The notes below the pieces were generated by a model. It had not been told where the DNA came from. It saw nothing but the letters and a program-made list of their open reading frames with translations, and searched no databases. This document shows positions 11,734-24,540 of a stretch of 64,000 bases of DNA, piece after piece. The DNA is from an uncultured Gammaproteobacteria bacterium. Its GTDB lineage: Bacteria > Pseudomonadota > Gammaproteobacteria > JAAEPA01. Each line of letters starts with the position of its first letter. The first letter of the stretch is position 1. The DNA is taken from the NCBI GenBank assembly GCA_963731655.1, contig CAVSWL010000003.1, positions 24,443 through 88,442 on the forward strand. The letters are read 5' to 3'. Both the position numbers and the translations under genes were made by a program.

Positions 11734-12012
11734 TCACTTATGTGAGCTATCGTTACGTGCTTCTGGGTCCTTTTCCAGCACACGGTATTCGCCATCGATG
11801 ACCGTTATGTGCTGTGGCTCGCCCGCGCGCTGCAAGCGGTGCCGCAACCACCAGATACGTGCTGCCAAAACAAGTGTAGCCGCCATCGCCAATCCCATAA
11901 GCACCGCGCCTAAAACCAATCCCAGTATCGCCCAGATGACAAACAAGAAACCCAAAAGGATGCGTTCGGGCCAAGCCCGTGGAACATCGTTAATCACTCT
12001 TCGTCTTTGCAC
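11734..12012 (-). CDS. hypothetical small membrane protein
   Basis: 92 aa with a long hydrophobic stretch (LLGFLFVIWAILGLVLGAVLMGLAMAATLVLAA). Same strand as copA, 204 bp upstream. No family recognised. Confidence 0.3.
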   Translation of the reverse strand: MQRRRVINDVPRAWPERILLGFLFVIWAILGLVLGAVLMGLAMAATLVLAARIWWLRHRLQRAGEPQHITVIDGEYRVLEKDPEARNDSSHK

Positions 12013-12358
12013 AATGGTTACCTCCTAATAATGCGCAACGATGCAGAATCCAGACCAGTGAAAACTTTGGCGCCAACCGGCCGATCAACCCAGACGGATT
12101 CTGACCATCGGGTGGTTTCCCCCATTTTTGGTCGGTTGATAACACCCAAATCGTTGCTGGGAACCGCGGCATCGAGGCGCTCTCCAACGGTTAGACCACG
12201 CTGGAATGGATTTTAATTAATCCTTTGGAGACTCGAATCGCGCTTCCCTTATTAATTTCACCTGAATAATATTGATTAGCTATTGACAACATTAGGAAAA
12301 AGGGGCTTGATAAAGGGGTTAAACTCAACAATAACTTTCGTTCGGGGAGCTACTTGCT

Positions 12359-12841
12359 ATGCGAAGAACGCTAATCACCTTGTCAACTTTTGCAATCATC
12401 GGCATGAGTGCGGGAGCTATCGCAGATGGCCCAGGTTGCGGTTTAGGGCAAATGCTGTGGAAAGGCCAAAGCGGCTTGCTTCCGCATATCAGTGCTGCCA
12501 CTACAAACGGGACAAGTTCCAATCAATGGTTTGGCATCAGCTTCGGCACATTGGATTGCAATCCCGATGCATCAGTCAGCAATGATTATCAGCGCGCTGT
12601 CTTTGCCGCAGCGAACTATGACAATTTAGCCCAGGAAGCTGCCCAGGGAGAAGGTAATCATCTGAGTGCGCTCGCCGAAATCATGGGTATTGAAACGGCG
12701 GATCGAACAAGTTTTTTTACCATGGCTCAGAACAATCACCAGACGCTATTTAGCGCATCAAACGACCCACAGCAAATGCTAAGCGCACTCGATACCACTA
12801 TGCTAGCCGACCCTGTACTTGCAAGATATGTTAAGCAATAG
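12359..12841 (+). CDS. DUF3015-like secreted protein
   Basis: 160 aa with a signal peptide. GCGLG, TTNGTSSNQWFGISFGTLDC and GEGNHLSALAEIMG match my memory of DUF3015. Confidence 0.6.
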   Translation: MRRTLITLSTFAIIGMSAGAIADGPGCGLGQMLWKGQSGLLPHISAATTNGTSSNQWFGISFGTLDCNPDASVSNDYQRAVFAAANYDNLAQEAAQGEGNHLSALAEIMGIETADRTSFFTMAQNNHQTLFSASNDPQQMLSALDTTMLADPVLARYVKQ

Positions 12842-12917
12842 TGGATGCTTGATGCGGTACATTTTCCATCTTGGCACGGGTATGATACCCGCTAACAAAT
12901 TAAGGTGACATGCGCAA

Positions 12918-13430
12918 ATGAAAAATAAGATTGCTTTCGGCTCTATATCGAGTTTACTCACATCGATTATTTTACTCGCAGCAGCAACTAGCCTATCAGC
13001 GGACGAAACTGCCGCCGGTTGCGGCATTGGAAAACAGATAATGCAGGGAAAGTCGGGTAAATCAAATAATATCGTGGCCGCAATTCTCAACGATGTACTC
13101 GTTCCTAAAACCTTTTTTATGACCACTGGAGACGGTACACTTGGCTGTGATCCTAGCGAAACGGTGAAAAACGAGCAGCCTCGCGAGACGTTCGTCGCAG
13201 CCAATCTCGATGGGCTCTCGGAAGACATTGCCAAGGGGCAGGGGGATCATTTGTCAGCGTTGGCTCAAGTAATGGGGATCGAAGATGAGGACAAGCCGAG
13301 TTTTTATTCGCTCACGCAGTCCCACTATGAAACGTTGTTCGATCAGGGTAGCCCCTCAGTTAAACAAATGCTCAGCGCGCTAGACAACGCGCTACTCAGG
13401 AATCCCAACCTCGCGAAGTACGTTCAGTAA
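12918..13430 (+). CDS. DUF3015-like secreted protein (tandem paralogue)
   Basis: 170 aa. Shares GCGIG, LGCDP, GQGDHLSALAQVMGIE, MLSALD and AKYVQ with the upstream gene. Confidence 0.6.
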   Translation: MKNKIAFGSISSLLTSIILLAAATSLSADETAAGCGIGKQIMQGKSGKSNNIVAAILNDVLVPKTFFMTTGDGTLGCDPSETVKNEQPRETFVAANLDGLSEDIAKGQGDHLSALAQVMGIEDEDKPSFYSLTQSHYETLFDQGSPSVKQMLSALDNALLRNPNLAKYVQ

Positions 13431-13703
13431 CCAATAACCCAAGTCATTGCCCTATCTTAACCTCCCTCTATGCGATGAGCTAGATAGTAAAATACGATCT
13501 CCCCGGATCGACCGGCGTGTGGCGGTCCTATCCGGGGTGTTGCCCCGAGAATAAAGCAAATCCATTTTCAATCGCATTGACCAGGGACGCAAGCGGTGCT
13601 GCGCCTTCTAAATCTTGCTATGACCGCGACCATTGACCACTCAGTCTGCAACACTACCGGCCACACTATTAATTCATAGTCTTAGCTATCCCATGTCCGC
13701 GCT

Positions 13704-15731
13704 ATGAACGGCTCGATCCGAGCGAGTTCTTCGGTATCGATTCCCTTTAAAAAGTTACTTCTTGGGTTTCTGTTGACAGCAGTCGCACAACTGGGCTGCA
13801 CGGCATCCGCATCCAACCTAGGGCTCACCCAGCAACTGGACAATGCAAACTATGACGCCGCCGTGGTATCGGCACAGAACCTGCCCCTACATCCCCTGCA
13901 CAAACTGATTGCATCCGCGCGGGCACACAAACTCTACCAGGACCCGACCTGGCTAGTGCTCCTTCACTATAAAAGTAATTTCTTAGGCAATAGTGTCAGC
14001 CAAGTTGACGACGGTCATTTTTTCCTGTCACGCCGAGGAAAACGCGATCCACAGGCTGAGCTTGAAGCCACATTGGCCAGTTTTTTTTCTCAACACCCTG
14101 TTGAACCTACCCAGCTCAGTCCCCAATGCCGATTCGTCGCCCGCTTTCACTGGTTGAACGATCAACTGAATTTCGATTCCGCCGGTTTAAAGACCGATCC
14201 TTGCCCAAGTTTTCAACGCTACCGCACTGGGATAAACGCTGATTCGATCACGCTGGTATTTGCGTCCACTCATCCCAATAGCCCATCTTCGATGTTCGGA
14301 CACACGCTGTTGCGCTTCAATAAAAAGGGGCAAACCGAGGCAACGCGCATGCTGGCTTTCACCATTCATTATGCGGCCCAAGTCGACGTGGATAACGATC
14401 TTTTGTATGCCTATTCCGGAATCAGCGGCGGATTCGAAGGTCGATTTAGAATCCTGCCCTATTACATGAAGCTCAGAGAATATTCAGAGATGGAGAACCG
14501 TAGCCTGTGGGAATACACACTCAAGCTATCGCAAAAACAGATTGACTTTATCCTGATGCATGCCTATGAACTGGTGCCTAGTTACTTCGATTACTATTTT
14601 TTTGGCGAAAATTGTGCCTACCATCTTCTCTCTCTGCTCGAAGTGTCCATGCCGGAAAAAGGGCTCACCGATGCATTTCACGGATGGACGATTCCAGTGG
14701 ATACGATCCGCTTACTCGCAGATAAGGGCTTGATCGGGCGCGTAGATTATCATCCCGGACAAAACACCTTAATTGTTGAACGACAGAAGGGATTGAGCGA
14801 CGCTGAAAATACACTGGCGCTCCAATTACTGCGGGTCGAACACCCGGAGAAAGATGAGAGGTTGACCAGCCTGCCGGTTAGTCGCCAAGCTCCGGTCCTC
14901 GATTTGGTATATGACTATTTGCGTTATAATCGAGTTAAGGAGTCCGACGCCCTTGAACCGACTATCAGCCCGAAGGAACGCGGAGTGCTGGTAGCGCGCA
15001 GTAAGCTCGGGATCACCACTTCGACCCCTTCGGTTGAGACCCCAGCCACCCGCCCTGATCTTGGGCACCGGACCGGACGTCTTGGAATTGGCCTGGGAGC
15101 CTATGAAGATCGGGGCTTTTTGGAATTTTCATGGCGAGGCGCTTACCACGATCTGCTCGATCCAAGCCCAGGTTACCAACCCAACTCTCAATTGGAGTTC
15201 TTTAATGCGCGCGTACGCCTGCTCAATGATCCCTCCAAATTGGAGCTCTACCAACTCAATCTGGTGGACATTATCTCCTTAGAGCCGCGGGATAAATTTT
15301 TCAAAAACATTTCCTGGAAAGCAGGTGTCGGCATCGATAGTGTTGCGGAACCTAATGGGAACCTCAGACAGTATTTTTCATTGAACGCGGGGGCGGGTCT
15401 AACCTATAAGCTCCACGAGGCACCTTCGATACATGTTTATGGCTTAATGAATGGGCAAACGGATTACGGCAAGGTCTTCAACGAGGATTATCGAATCCTT
15501 GCGGGTCCTTCCCTGGGCATGCTAAGCCAGATTACCGATAGATTGAAGTTGCATATTCAAGCCGATTTACTTGTGGGTCTGGCCGGGGATAAACATAACG
15601 ATGCCTTCCTCGAATTTTCGTCGAGTTACACCTTAACTAAGCGTCTATCGCTGCGGTTCGGATTTCGCCGCACCTTGGCCCTGGATAACCTCGCTAACGA
15701 ATTTTTCGCGCAATTGCATGTGTATCACTAA
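13704..15731 (+). CDS. DUF4105 (Lnb N-terminal domain) protein with a beta-rich C-terminal half
   Basis: 675 aa with a signal peptide. SSMFGHTLLRFNKKG is typical of DUF4105. The C-terminal third has an alternating strand-like pattern. Confidence 0.65.
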   Translation: MNGSIRASSSVSIPFKKLLLGFLLTAVAQLGCTASASNLGLTQQLDNANYDAAVVSAQNLPLHPLHKLIASARAHKLYQDPTWLVLLHYKSNFLGNSVSQVDDGHFFLSRRGKRDPQAELEATLASFFSQHPVEPTQLSPQCRFVARFHWLNDQLNFDSAGLKTDPCPSFQRYRTGINADSITLVFASTHPNSPSSMFGHTLLRFNKKGQTEATRMLAFTIHYAAQVDVDNDLLYAYSGISGGFEGRFRILPYYMKLREYSEMENRSLWEYTLKLSQKQIDFILMHAYELVPSYFDYYFFGENCAYHLLSLLEVSMPEKGLTDAFHGWTIPVDTIRLLADKGLIGRVDYHPGQNTLIVERQKGLSDAENTLALQLLRVEHPEKDERLTSLPVSRQAPVLDLVYDYLRYNRVKESDALEPTISPKERGVLVARSKLGITTSTPSVETPATRPDLGHRTGRLGIGLGAYEDRGFLEFSWRGAYHDLLDPSPGYQPNSQLEFFNARVRLLNDPSKLELYQLNLVDIISLEPRDKFFKNISWKAGVGIDSVAEPNGNLRQYFSLNAGAGLTYKLHEAPSIHVYGLMNGQTDYGKVFNEDYRILAGPSLGMLSQITDRLKLHIQADLLVGLAGDKHNDAFLEFSSSYTLTKRLSLRFGFRRTLALDNLANEFFAQLHVYH

Positions 15732-15822
15732 TGCCCTAATGGCACGCCTTAGCATGGGAAACAGGCCTCCGCCGTGCAACTGAAACTGTACGCCTCGACT
15801 TTGAACCAACGGAAACCCTACC

Positions 15823-16680
15823 ATGACCTACTCCATCGTTGCACTCGACCCGAACAACGGCGACCTCGGCGTCGCCGTGCAAAGCAAGTTTCCCAATGCC
15901 GGGGTTTCCATCCCCTATGCCCGCGCCGAGGTCGGCGCCATCGCCACCCAGGCCTACTGCAACACCGGCTTCGGGCCCCGGGGACTGGCTCTGATGGCCA
16001 ACGGGGCTTCCGCCTGCCAGGCTCTGGATGTCCTCATCGATGGCGACCCGGAGCGGGACTTCCGCCAGGTGGGCGTGGTCGACGCCCGAGGCCGCAGCGC
16101 CGCCTACACCGGGACGCGCTGTTTCGAGTGGTGCGGCAGTGTGCAGGGCGAGGGCTTTACCGCCCAAGGCAACGTCCTGGCGGGTTCCGGAGTAGTACAG
16201 GCCATGGTCGAGAGTTTCACTGACACCCGTGGCCTCCTGGCCGAGCGTCTGCTGGCGGCGCTCGCCGCGGGCCAGGAGGCCGGTGGCGAGCGCCGCGGGC
16301 AGCAATCCGCCGGCCTGCTGGTGGTGCGCACCGGGGGCGGCTACTGCGGTTTTGACGACCGCCTGGCCGAAATCTCAGTCTACGACCACCCCACCCCCAT
16401 CGCCGAACTTGAGCGCTTGTACCGGATCCACCGCCTGACCTATATTAGTAGCGACCCCGCGGGCTTGCTCCCCATCCGCGGCGAGCTGGCGCGGGAGCTG
16501 CGCGCCATGCTGGCGGCTCGTGGCTTTCCCCCCGGCGACGGCGGCGACGGCTTCGACGCCGACGACATCCGCGCACTGCACGACTTCATGGGCTGGGAAA
16601 ACTACGACGCCCGGATCCGCGACGACGGGCTGATCGACCGCGAGGTGCTGGACGACATTCGCGCACGGCAGCGGGGATGA
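15823..16680 (+). CDS. DUF1028 family (Ntn-hydrolase-like) protein with a putative peptidoglycan-binding tail
   Basis: The MTYSIVALDP start and GVAVQSKF..GAIATQA pattern are typical of DUF1028. The C-terminal ~70 aa resemble a PG_binding_2-type tail. Confidence 0.75.
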   Translation: MTYSIVALDPNNGDLGVAVQSKFPNAGVSIPYARAEVGAIATQAYCNTGFGPRGLALMANGASACQALDVLIDGDPERDFRQVGVVDARGRSAAYTGTRCFEWCGSVQGEGFTAQGNVLAGSGVVQAMVESFTDTRGLLAERLLAALAAGQEAGGERRGQQSAGLLVVRTGGGYCGFDDRLAEISVYDHPTPIAELERLYRIHRLTYISSDPAGLLPIRGELARELRAMLAARGFPPGDGGDGFDADDIRALHDFMGWENYDARIRDDGLIDREVLDDIRARQRG

Positions 16681-17887
16681 GGCTTGAAGCTAAAGCAAGT
16701 GTCCCCGCTACAGGCTGCGGACGCGATCGGCCGGGGAACAGCTCTAGCCTGCGGTCCCTCAATAAGCAAATTCTATGGTTGCGGGATCCTCGTTAAATAC
16801 CCAAGAAACGAACTAAGCGATCCTCAGCTCTTCCAATGAGATATAGCCTGCTGTCAAGAGGATGAACCTATGAAAAACAGTTTCAATGCGCGCTCGTCTC
16901 TGGTGGTCGATGGAAAGGAATACGAAATCTACGGGATCAAGGCGCTAGCCAATAGCTGCGATCTCGACCATCTACCCTACTCTCTGAAGATATTGCTGGA
17001 AAATCTGCTGCGCTTCGAGGACGGTGAGAACATCACTCGCGAGCAAATCCTGGCGCTGGCTAATCACGATCCGAAGCAAGCTTCCGATGTGGAAATCGCC
17101 TTCACGCCCGGACGGGTCGTCATGCAGGATTTCACCGGTGTGCCGGCCATCGTCGATCTAGCCGCCATGCGCGACGCCATGGATCAATTGGGCGGTGATC
17201 CGGCCCGCATCAACCCGCTGGCGCCCGCGGAACTGGTGATCGATCATTCCGTGATGGTCGACCACTTCGGCACCTCCGCTGCGCTGGAACAGAATGCCGA
17301 AATCGAATTCAGCCGCAACCAGGAACGCTATGCTTTTCTGCGCTGGGGCCAGCAGGCATTCTCTAATTTCAAAGTCGTACCTCCGCGCACCGGCATTGTC
17401 CACCAGGTCAACCTGGAGTATTTGGCTCGGGTCGTCTTCGGCGCGGAGCATGAAGGTGTATTGCAGGCCTATCCGGATACACTGGTCGGCACCGATTCCC
17501 ATACCACCATGATCAACGGCCTCGGCGTACTGGGTTGGGGCGTGGGAGGCATAGAGGCGGAGGCCGCCATGCTGGGCCAGCCCATCACCATGCTGATACC
17601 CGAGGTGGTGGGTTTCAGGCTGACCGGCAGGCTGCCGGAGGGCGCCACCGCTACCGATCTGGTGTTGACCGTAACCCAGATGCTGCGCGCCAAAGGCGTG
17701 GTCGGTAAATTCGTGGAATTCTTCGGTACCGGGCTGTCGCAACTGCCCTTGGCGGACCGCGCCACCATCGCCAACATGGCGCCGGAATACGGGGCCACTT
17801 GCGGCATTTTCCCCATCGACGGAGAAAGCTTACGCTATCTGCGTTTGACGGGACGTTCCGAAGAGCAGATCGCTCTGGTCGAAACCT

Positions 17888-19615
<1,728 letters not shown>

Positions 19616-19714
19616 TTCATCTTGCCGCTGTTACGTGCGGGACTGGGGGACATCTTCTGCCACAGCCCCAGTGTACGCGATGTAAGTCTATTGAAGTCGT
19701 CTGTGGGAACCAGA

Positions 19715-20134
19715 ATGGCCGTAACCCTAAATCACACCATCGTGCATGCGCACGATAAAGACATCACGGCAAAGTTTTTAACTGAGATCCTGGGACTTTC
19801 TCCATCGAAAACGCTCGCGCATTTTACTATCGTGCAGGTAGGCGAGACGTCCCTGGATTTCATCGAGACCGAGGGCAATATCGCCTCGCGCCACTTTGCC
19901 TTTCTGGTCAGCGAGGATGAGTTCGACGCTATCTTCGCGCGCCTTCGCCAACGCGGGATTGCCTATTGGGCGGACCCGTTTCACAGAGAGCCCAACGCGA
20001 TCAATCACTGGGACGACGGGCGGGGCCTCTATTTCGATGATCCAAACGGACATCTGTTGGAGATCATTACCCGTCCTTATGGCAGCGGCGGTTTGGACGC
20101 AGAGCATCCTAACCCCTTGCTAAGACAATCTTAA
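19715..20134 (+). CDS. VOC/glyoxalase-family protein
   Basis: I prefer the ATG at 19715; the track starts at an upstream TTG (19622). HFAFLVSEDEFD and GHLLEI fit a VOC fold pattern. Confidence 0.6.
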   Translation: MAVTLNHTIVHAHDKDITAKFLTEILGLSPSKTLAHFTIVQVGETSLDFIETEGNIASRHFAFLVSEDEFDAIFARLRQRGIAYWADPFHREPNAINHWDDGRGLYFDDPNGHLLEIITRPYGSGGLDAEHPNPLLRQS

Positions 20135-20808
20135 AAGCATTCGAGCCGAAATCTTGCCGGCCAAGCCCATAGGTTTCCGTCATTTCCCGGGTCGCAATGC
20201 GCCAAGAAGTGTTGTCCTTATCGTTTCCAATTCCACAGCGATTTTTACCTGCCGCCCTCGTGTTGTGGCCCCGGCTCCGGAGCCTTCCGGACCAGGCTTG
20301 CCACCCACCCTGCTGGACAACATTGTCCGGCATTCGATCAATGCCTTTGAGGAGTTCTATTCCTCGCAACTCACCGCTGGGTAGTTGATTCACCCTATCT
20401 CTAAAGGGGAGGTGACATCATATTACATAGATCTAAAAATAACACCGTCATGCGGTTTGCACCAACACCACAGGATCCCGGGCAGTAAATGCACCAGCAA
20501 CTTGTATGGGCGCTAAGCATGGCTTACTTAGCACTCATGATCAATGCCGTCGTCGGTGGTGACTTTGGTTTAGTTAGTTGACGGCAGCTTAAGTTCTCTC
20601 TGGGAGTGAGTATGGCCCCGGAGGAGGATTCCGCTAGATTTCAAAGCGAATACGCAAAGGAGAAATGAATAGCGGATACTGTCAAATAAGGAGTGATGGC
20701 AATTGATAGATTTATATCTTACCAATACACAGCGATTGGCTCCATGAGCTGAGTAGATGTTCGACGATAACTTTTCGTTTAACCAATCATCCATAGGAAT
20801 ATAAGAAG

Positions 20809-21045
20809 ATGCCTACTTACAAAGCTAATGTGGTCGTTCATGTCGATGAATCACTATCTGCTAAACAGCTTCACGATATGGAAGAAGGGTTGTCATATCT
20901 CAGTGGTGTGTTCAACACCTGCGTTCATGAAAAAACTCCTCACCTTTTTATTGTTGATTACAACCCACGCACCATCGATTCGAGAGCGCTGTTGGGCTAT
21001 CTCAATAGCAGTGGGCTGCATGCTCAATTGGTCGGCGGGATTTAA
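20809..21045 (+). CDS. hypothetical small protein
   Basis: 78-aa ORF with a beta-alpha-beta-like pattern. No family recognised. Confidence 0.3.
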   Translation: MPTYKANVVVHVDESLSAKQLHDMEEGLSYLSGVFNTCVHEKTPHLFIVDYNPRTIDSRALLGYLNSSGLHAQLVGGI

Positions 21046-21242
21046 AAATTAATTCTGCGGAGGCCAGCTGTTCAAAAGCAATGGGTTTGCCTTCAATCCA
21101 TCCCTTTTCGACGCGCGCGGTTATAACCTACCACCCAAACTGGGACTTTCCCAATCAATGCACTATCTGGTGTCCATCAGAGATCTTCGTGGTGCCGATA
21201 GTGGTGTGTCACAACTCCTGCTGTACGTACTCGAACAGCGCC

Positions 21243-21280
21243 CCAACAAATAAGCCACCACCCCGTTGGGGCGGTGGCTT
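21243..21280 (-). terminator. rho-independent terminator of the phasin gene
   Basis: The minus strand reads AAGCCACCGCCCC-aac-GGGGTGGTGGCTT, a 13-bp stem with one G:U, followed by ATTTGTT. It lies 37 nt after the stop codon. Confidence 0.6.
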
Positions 21281-21316
21281 CCATTCGATCAAATAACTAG
21301 CAAGTAGCCGGAATGC

Positions 21317-21673
21317 TTACGCAGCCTTAGCCACGGACACACCCTTCGTACCTACATTCGTTGCCTGTGGAAGAAGTAGGTCAATGCCAACCTGAGCGAT
21401 TGCCGTGATATCGGACAACGCACCCTCGCCGAAAACCCGCAGAACGTCCGTCTGTTTAAACAAGAAATTCTGAAGATCTTCACTGTCTTTTATTTCAGCC
21501 GCCGCCTTAAGTTGGCCGACGGCCATATCCGAGCACCTCTTCAAGCTCTCAAGCTGGTATGCGGCGAGTTTCTCAACGCTAGCCACCGCATGTTTTTTGA
21601 ACTTCTGGGCAGGTTCGAATACGTTCTGGGTTGGTTCGTTTAATGCCAACAAAGTTTCAATAATCATGGCCAA
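21317..21673 (-). CDS. phasin-family (PhaP-like) protein
   Basis: 118-aa Ala/Lys/Gln-rich helical protein. The N-terminal pattern (FEPAQKF..AVASVEKLAAYQLESLK) is typical of phasins. SD is AAGGGAGA. Confidence 0.55.
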   Translation of the reverse strand: MAMIIETLLALNEPTQNVFEPAQKFKKHAVASVEKLAAYQLESLKRCSDMAVGQLKAAAEIKDSEDLQNFLFKQTDVLRVFGEGALSDITAIAQVGIDLLLPQATNVGTKGVSVAKAA

Positions 21674-22091
21674 TCTCCCTTATGGAGGTTCATTAGTTTA
21701 TGCTGCAATACAGCAAGGCCAATATGTGCTGCCCCGCAACATTTCGCAAGCCCCGACGGATAATTTTCATGAGTCAATTGAGCAGGATCAAATAAAGGAC
21801 AAAAATAGAGAGCAGGAGTAGGGTCAATTCGCACATTCCTAATGATGACTCGCTCTACTTGCCGCATGGCAAGACTATTGAGACTGGAAATTGTAACCGC
21901 CAGCTCTATATAGCGAAGGGAAAGGGCTGCCAAACCGGTTTGGTCAGACCCGACATCTACGGTTGTTGGGTGACGAGAGCAACAACTCAGAGGCTGATAT
22001 TGGAATTGAACCCGATCCCTTACGTAATGGTTGCTAAATCTTCGTCTTCATAGCAGATCAACAATGAACGGGGGTCTATGAGTCACACATC

Positions 22092-24530
22092 TCAGGCGTA
22101 GGCTGCGGCTTTTCTCTCGCTTTTCGGTTGGTCTGTCCCCGTTGATTGCCAATTTTCGCTGTTGTTAGCGTCGTGCTCCCGGCTCTCTGGACGCTCTACG
22201 ATCCGCTCACTCACCCTGAAGAAGTCAACCAGGGCCTTCATACCAAGTGCCTGCTCATCCATCGATTCTGAAGCCGCTGCAACTTGCTCCACCAGAGCCG
22301 CATTCTGTTGAGTCTTTTCGTCCATCTGCATGATCGCCTTGTTGACTTGCTCTATCCCTGAGGACTGCTCGGAACTGGCCGCAGCGATCTCTGCCACGAT
22401 ATCACTCACTCGTTTCACCGAGATGACAATCTCAGCTAAGGTCTTACCAGACTGATCCACCAAGTGTGAGCCCTGTTCGACCTTTTCCACGCTGTCCTTG
22501 ATCAAAGATTTGATCTCCTTGGCCGCTGTGGCGCTGCGCTGGGCTAGATTTCTCACCTCGCTAGCCACCACCGCAAATCCACGACCCTGCTCGCCAGCTC
22601 GTGCTGCTTCAACGGCTGCGTTGAGCGCCAGCAGATTGGTCTGGAATGCAATTTCGTCGATTATTCCAATGATGTCGGCAATCTTTTTGCTCGCGGCGTT
22701 AATTTCACCCATCGCTGAGACCGCATCGCCCACAACGTCGCCACCCTTCTCGGCCTGTTCACGTGCACCCAAGGCCAGCTGGTCGGCCTGATGAGCGTTG
22801 TCCGCGTTTTGCCTCACCGAGGAGGTTATCCGCTCCATACTCGATGCCATCTCTTCCAATGCAGATGCCTGCTCCCCAGTACGCTGGCTTAGGTCAGTGT
22901 TGCCCTGGGAGATCTCCTCGGAGCTATTAGTTACCGAGTCAGCACTCTTTTTTATCTTAGCGATCACTTCGGTCAGCGTGGCTACCGTGGTGTTGGCGTT
23001 GCGTTTGAGCTGTCCAAAGGTACCTTCGTAATCGACATTAATGGACTCGGTTAGGTTGCCATTCGACATCGCGCCCAGCATTCGTAAGGTGTCATTGATT
23101 ACCCGCTCGCTGACGTCTAGAAGCGCATTGAGGCCCTGGCTGAGTTTTAGAAAGAAGCCCGTTTTGTCCTCCTGATCTATGCGTTGGTTAAGTTTCCCAG
23201 CCAGAGCGTAGTCTACGATGCTCTGTACTTCGTGCTCCACGGTCACCTCGACAGTGCGGTCGGTCCACTCCACTGCTGTGCCCAGGCGTTCGCCCCGTTC
23301 ATTGAAAACGGGATTGGCCACGATGCGGAATGTGCGGCCGCCAACCTCGAACTCCGCACTCTGCTGGCTACTCAACTCGCTGAACAGCAGCCTCTGGTGT
23401 GAGAGATCTTCGTACAGCTGGTGCAAATTAGTGCTATGCAGCGACCCAACATTAAAATTTGGAAGCACACCGCACAACTGCTCCTCGGCTTCACAGAACA
23501 TCATCACCACCGCCTTATTCATGTATATCATTTTGCCCTCGGCATCAGCCACCATGAAATTGCCCGAGACGTTGTCCAAGGCCACCCTGATGCGATCTGT
23601 TTCGGCGCTGGCACGACGGTCCGATTCCAGACGGGTTTTAAGCTCCTGCTGCATCGTTCGCATTGCGGCATAGATCCCAGTGGCCTTTGCCTTGAAAACA
23701 TTGCTCAGATCCCCCGCCGCGATCTTCTGTGCCAAAAGCGAGATCTCACGGGGCTCACCACCTACGGGCCTAGCCACCACCCATTCCAGAAGGAGCATCA
23801 CGCTCGCTACCAGCAGCAAAGCTGCAATGGGGGCCGATATCAAAATCATTGACCGCAAGCTACTAAACGTATCTGCCTGCACGTTTACAATGTTCTGTGT
23901 CAGCGCATCGATGGTGGTGGCGGAGCTGTCCTTGATCCCGGCCAGGAGTGACTCAAGGGACAATGCGTCCTGGCGCAAGCTTTTCTCCAGAACTTCCGTA
24001 CTGAATTGCAATTCGACCTCCACGAAAGCGAATGTTGTCTTGGCTATTTCGCGGAAGCTGCGGGTATGCGGCTGGTCAAGAGTACCGAATTCGGATAGCT
24101 GACCTCCCTCCTGAGTGCGGACCCGTGCACCCACCAGAGTATCAACGGTATCCACCTTGCGTTGGACTTCAGTATCCACCGACTCCATGTCTAAATTCTC
24201 CACCAATGGTAGCAGCGTAGCCACCAGTCCCTTGGTAAAATTGCGTTTTTCACGGACATAAGCTTGTTCGATGCGCTCCCGGATTTCGGCCTGGCGCCGC
24301 GTTAGACGCTTGCGCACATCGTCATCGATACCTTGCAGGCTGGCACGCACCGCTGGTAGGAGCTCGGAGCGAAATTGCTGACCTAGCTCCGAATCGATAC
24401 GCGCCGGGAGGATGACACTGAATAGCGCGACGCCTACCGCAATGAATAGCAACAGACAACCGCCAAAAATACCCCTCATGCCGAGTTTGTGTGATATACG
24501 TATCTTTCGCGTCGCACCAGGTCGTTTCAT
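22092..24530 (-). CDS. methyl-accepting chemotaxis protein with HAMP and PAS-like domains
   Basis: Signalling hairpin [38 protein letters not shown]. Start set at ATG 24530 with an upstream GAGGG; the track start at 24590 would overlap the upstream gene. Confidence 0.9.
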   Translation of the reverse strand: MKRPGATRKIRISHKLGMRGIFGGCLLLFIAVGVALFSVILPARIDSELGQQFRSELLPAVRASLQGIDDDVRKRLTRRQAEIRERIEQAYVREKRNFTKGLVATLLPLVENLDMESVDTEVQRKVDTVDTLVGARVRTQEGGQLSEFGTLDQPHTRSFREIAKTTFAFVEVELQFSTEVLEKSLRQDALSLESLLAGIKDSSATTIDALTQNIVNVQADTFSSLRSMILISAPIAALLLVASVMLLLEWVVARPVGGEPREISLLAQKIAAGDLSNVFKAKATGIYAAMRTMQQELKTRLESDRRASAETDRIRVALDNVSGNFMVADAEGKMIYMNKAVVMMFCEAEEQLCGVLPNFNVGSLHSTNLHQLYEDLSHQRLLFSELSSQQSAEFEVGGRTFRIVANPVFNERGERLGTAVEWTDRTVEVTVEHEVQSIVDYALAGKLNQRIDQEDKTGFFLKLSQGLNALLDVSERVINDTLRMLGAMSNGNLTESINVDYEGTFGQLKRNANTTVATLTEVIAKIKKSADSVTNSSEEISQGNTDLSQRTGEQASALEEMASSMERITSSVRQNADNAHQADQLALGAREQAEKGGDVVGDAVSAMGEINAASKKIADIIGIIDEIAFQTNLLALNAAVEAARAGEQGRGFAVVASEVRNLAQRSATAAKEIKSLIKDSVEKVEQGSHLVDQSGKTLAEIVISVKRVSDIVAEIAAASSEQSSGIEQVNKAIMQMDEKTQQNAALVEQVAAASESMDEQALGMKALVDFFRVSERIVERPESREHDANNSENWQSTGTDQPKSERKAAAYA

Positions 24531-24540
24531 ACTATTTCCC

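Noticed and set aside
15736-16581. 189-aa minus-strand ORF and other overlapping ORFs across the DUF1028 gene
   Set aside because: They are Arg/Ala/Gly-rich translations typical of wrong frames in GC-rich DNA. The plus-strand DUF1028 reading is convincing.
20109-20794. Small overlapping ORFs between the VOC gene and the 78-aa ORF
   Set aside because: They mutually overlap on both strands, with no motifs and no clear ribosome-binding sites, so I left the region unannotated.
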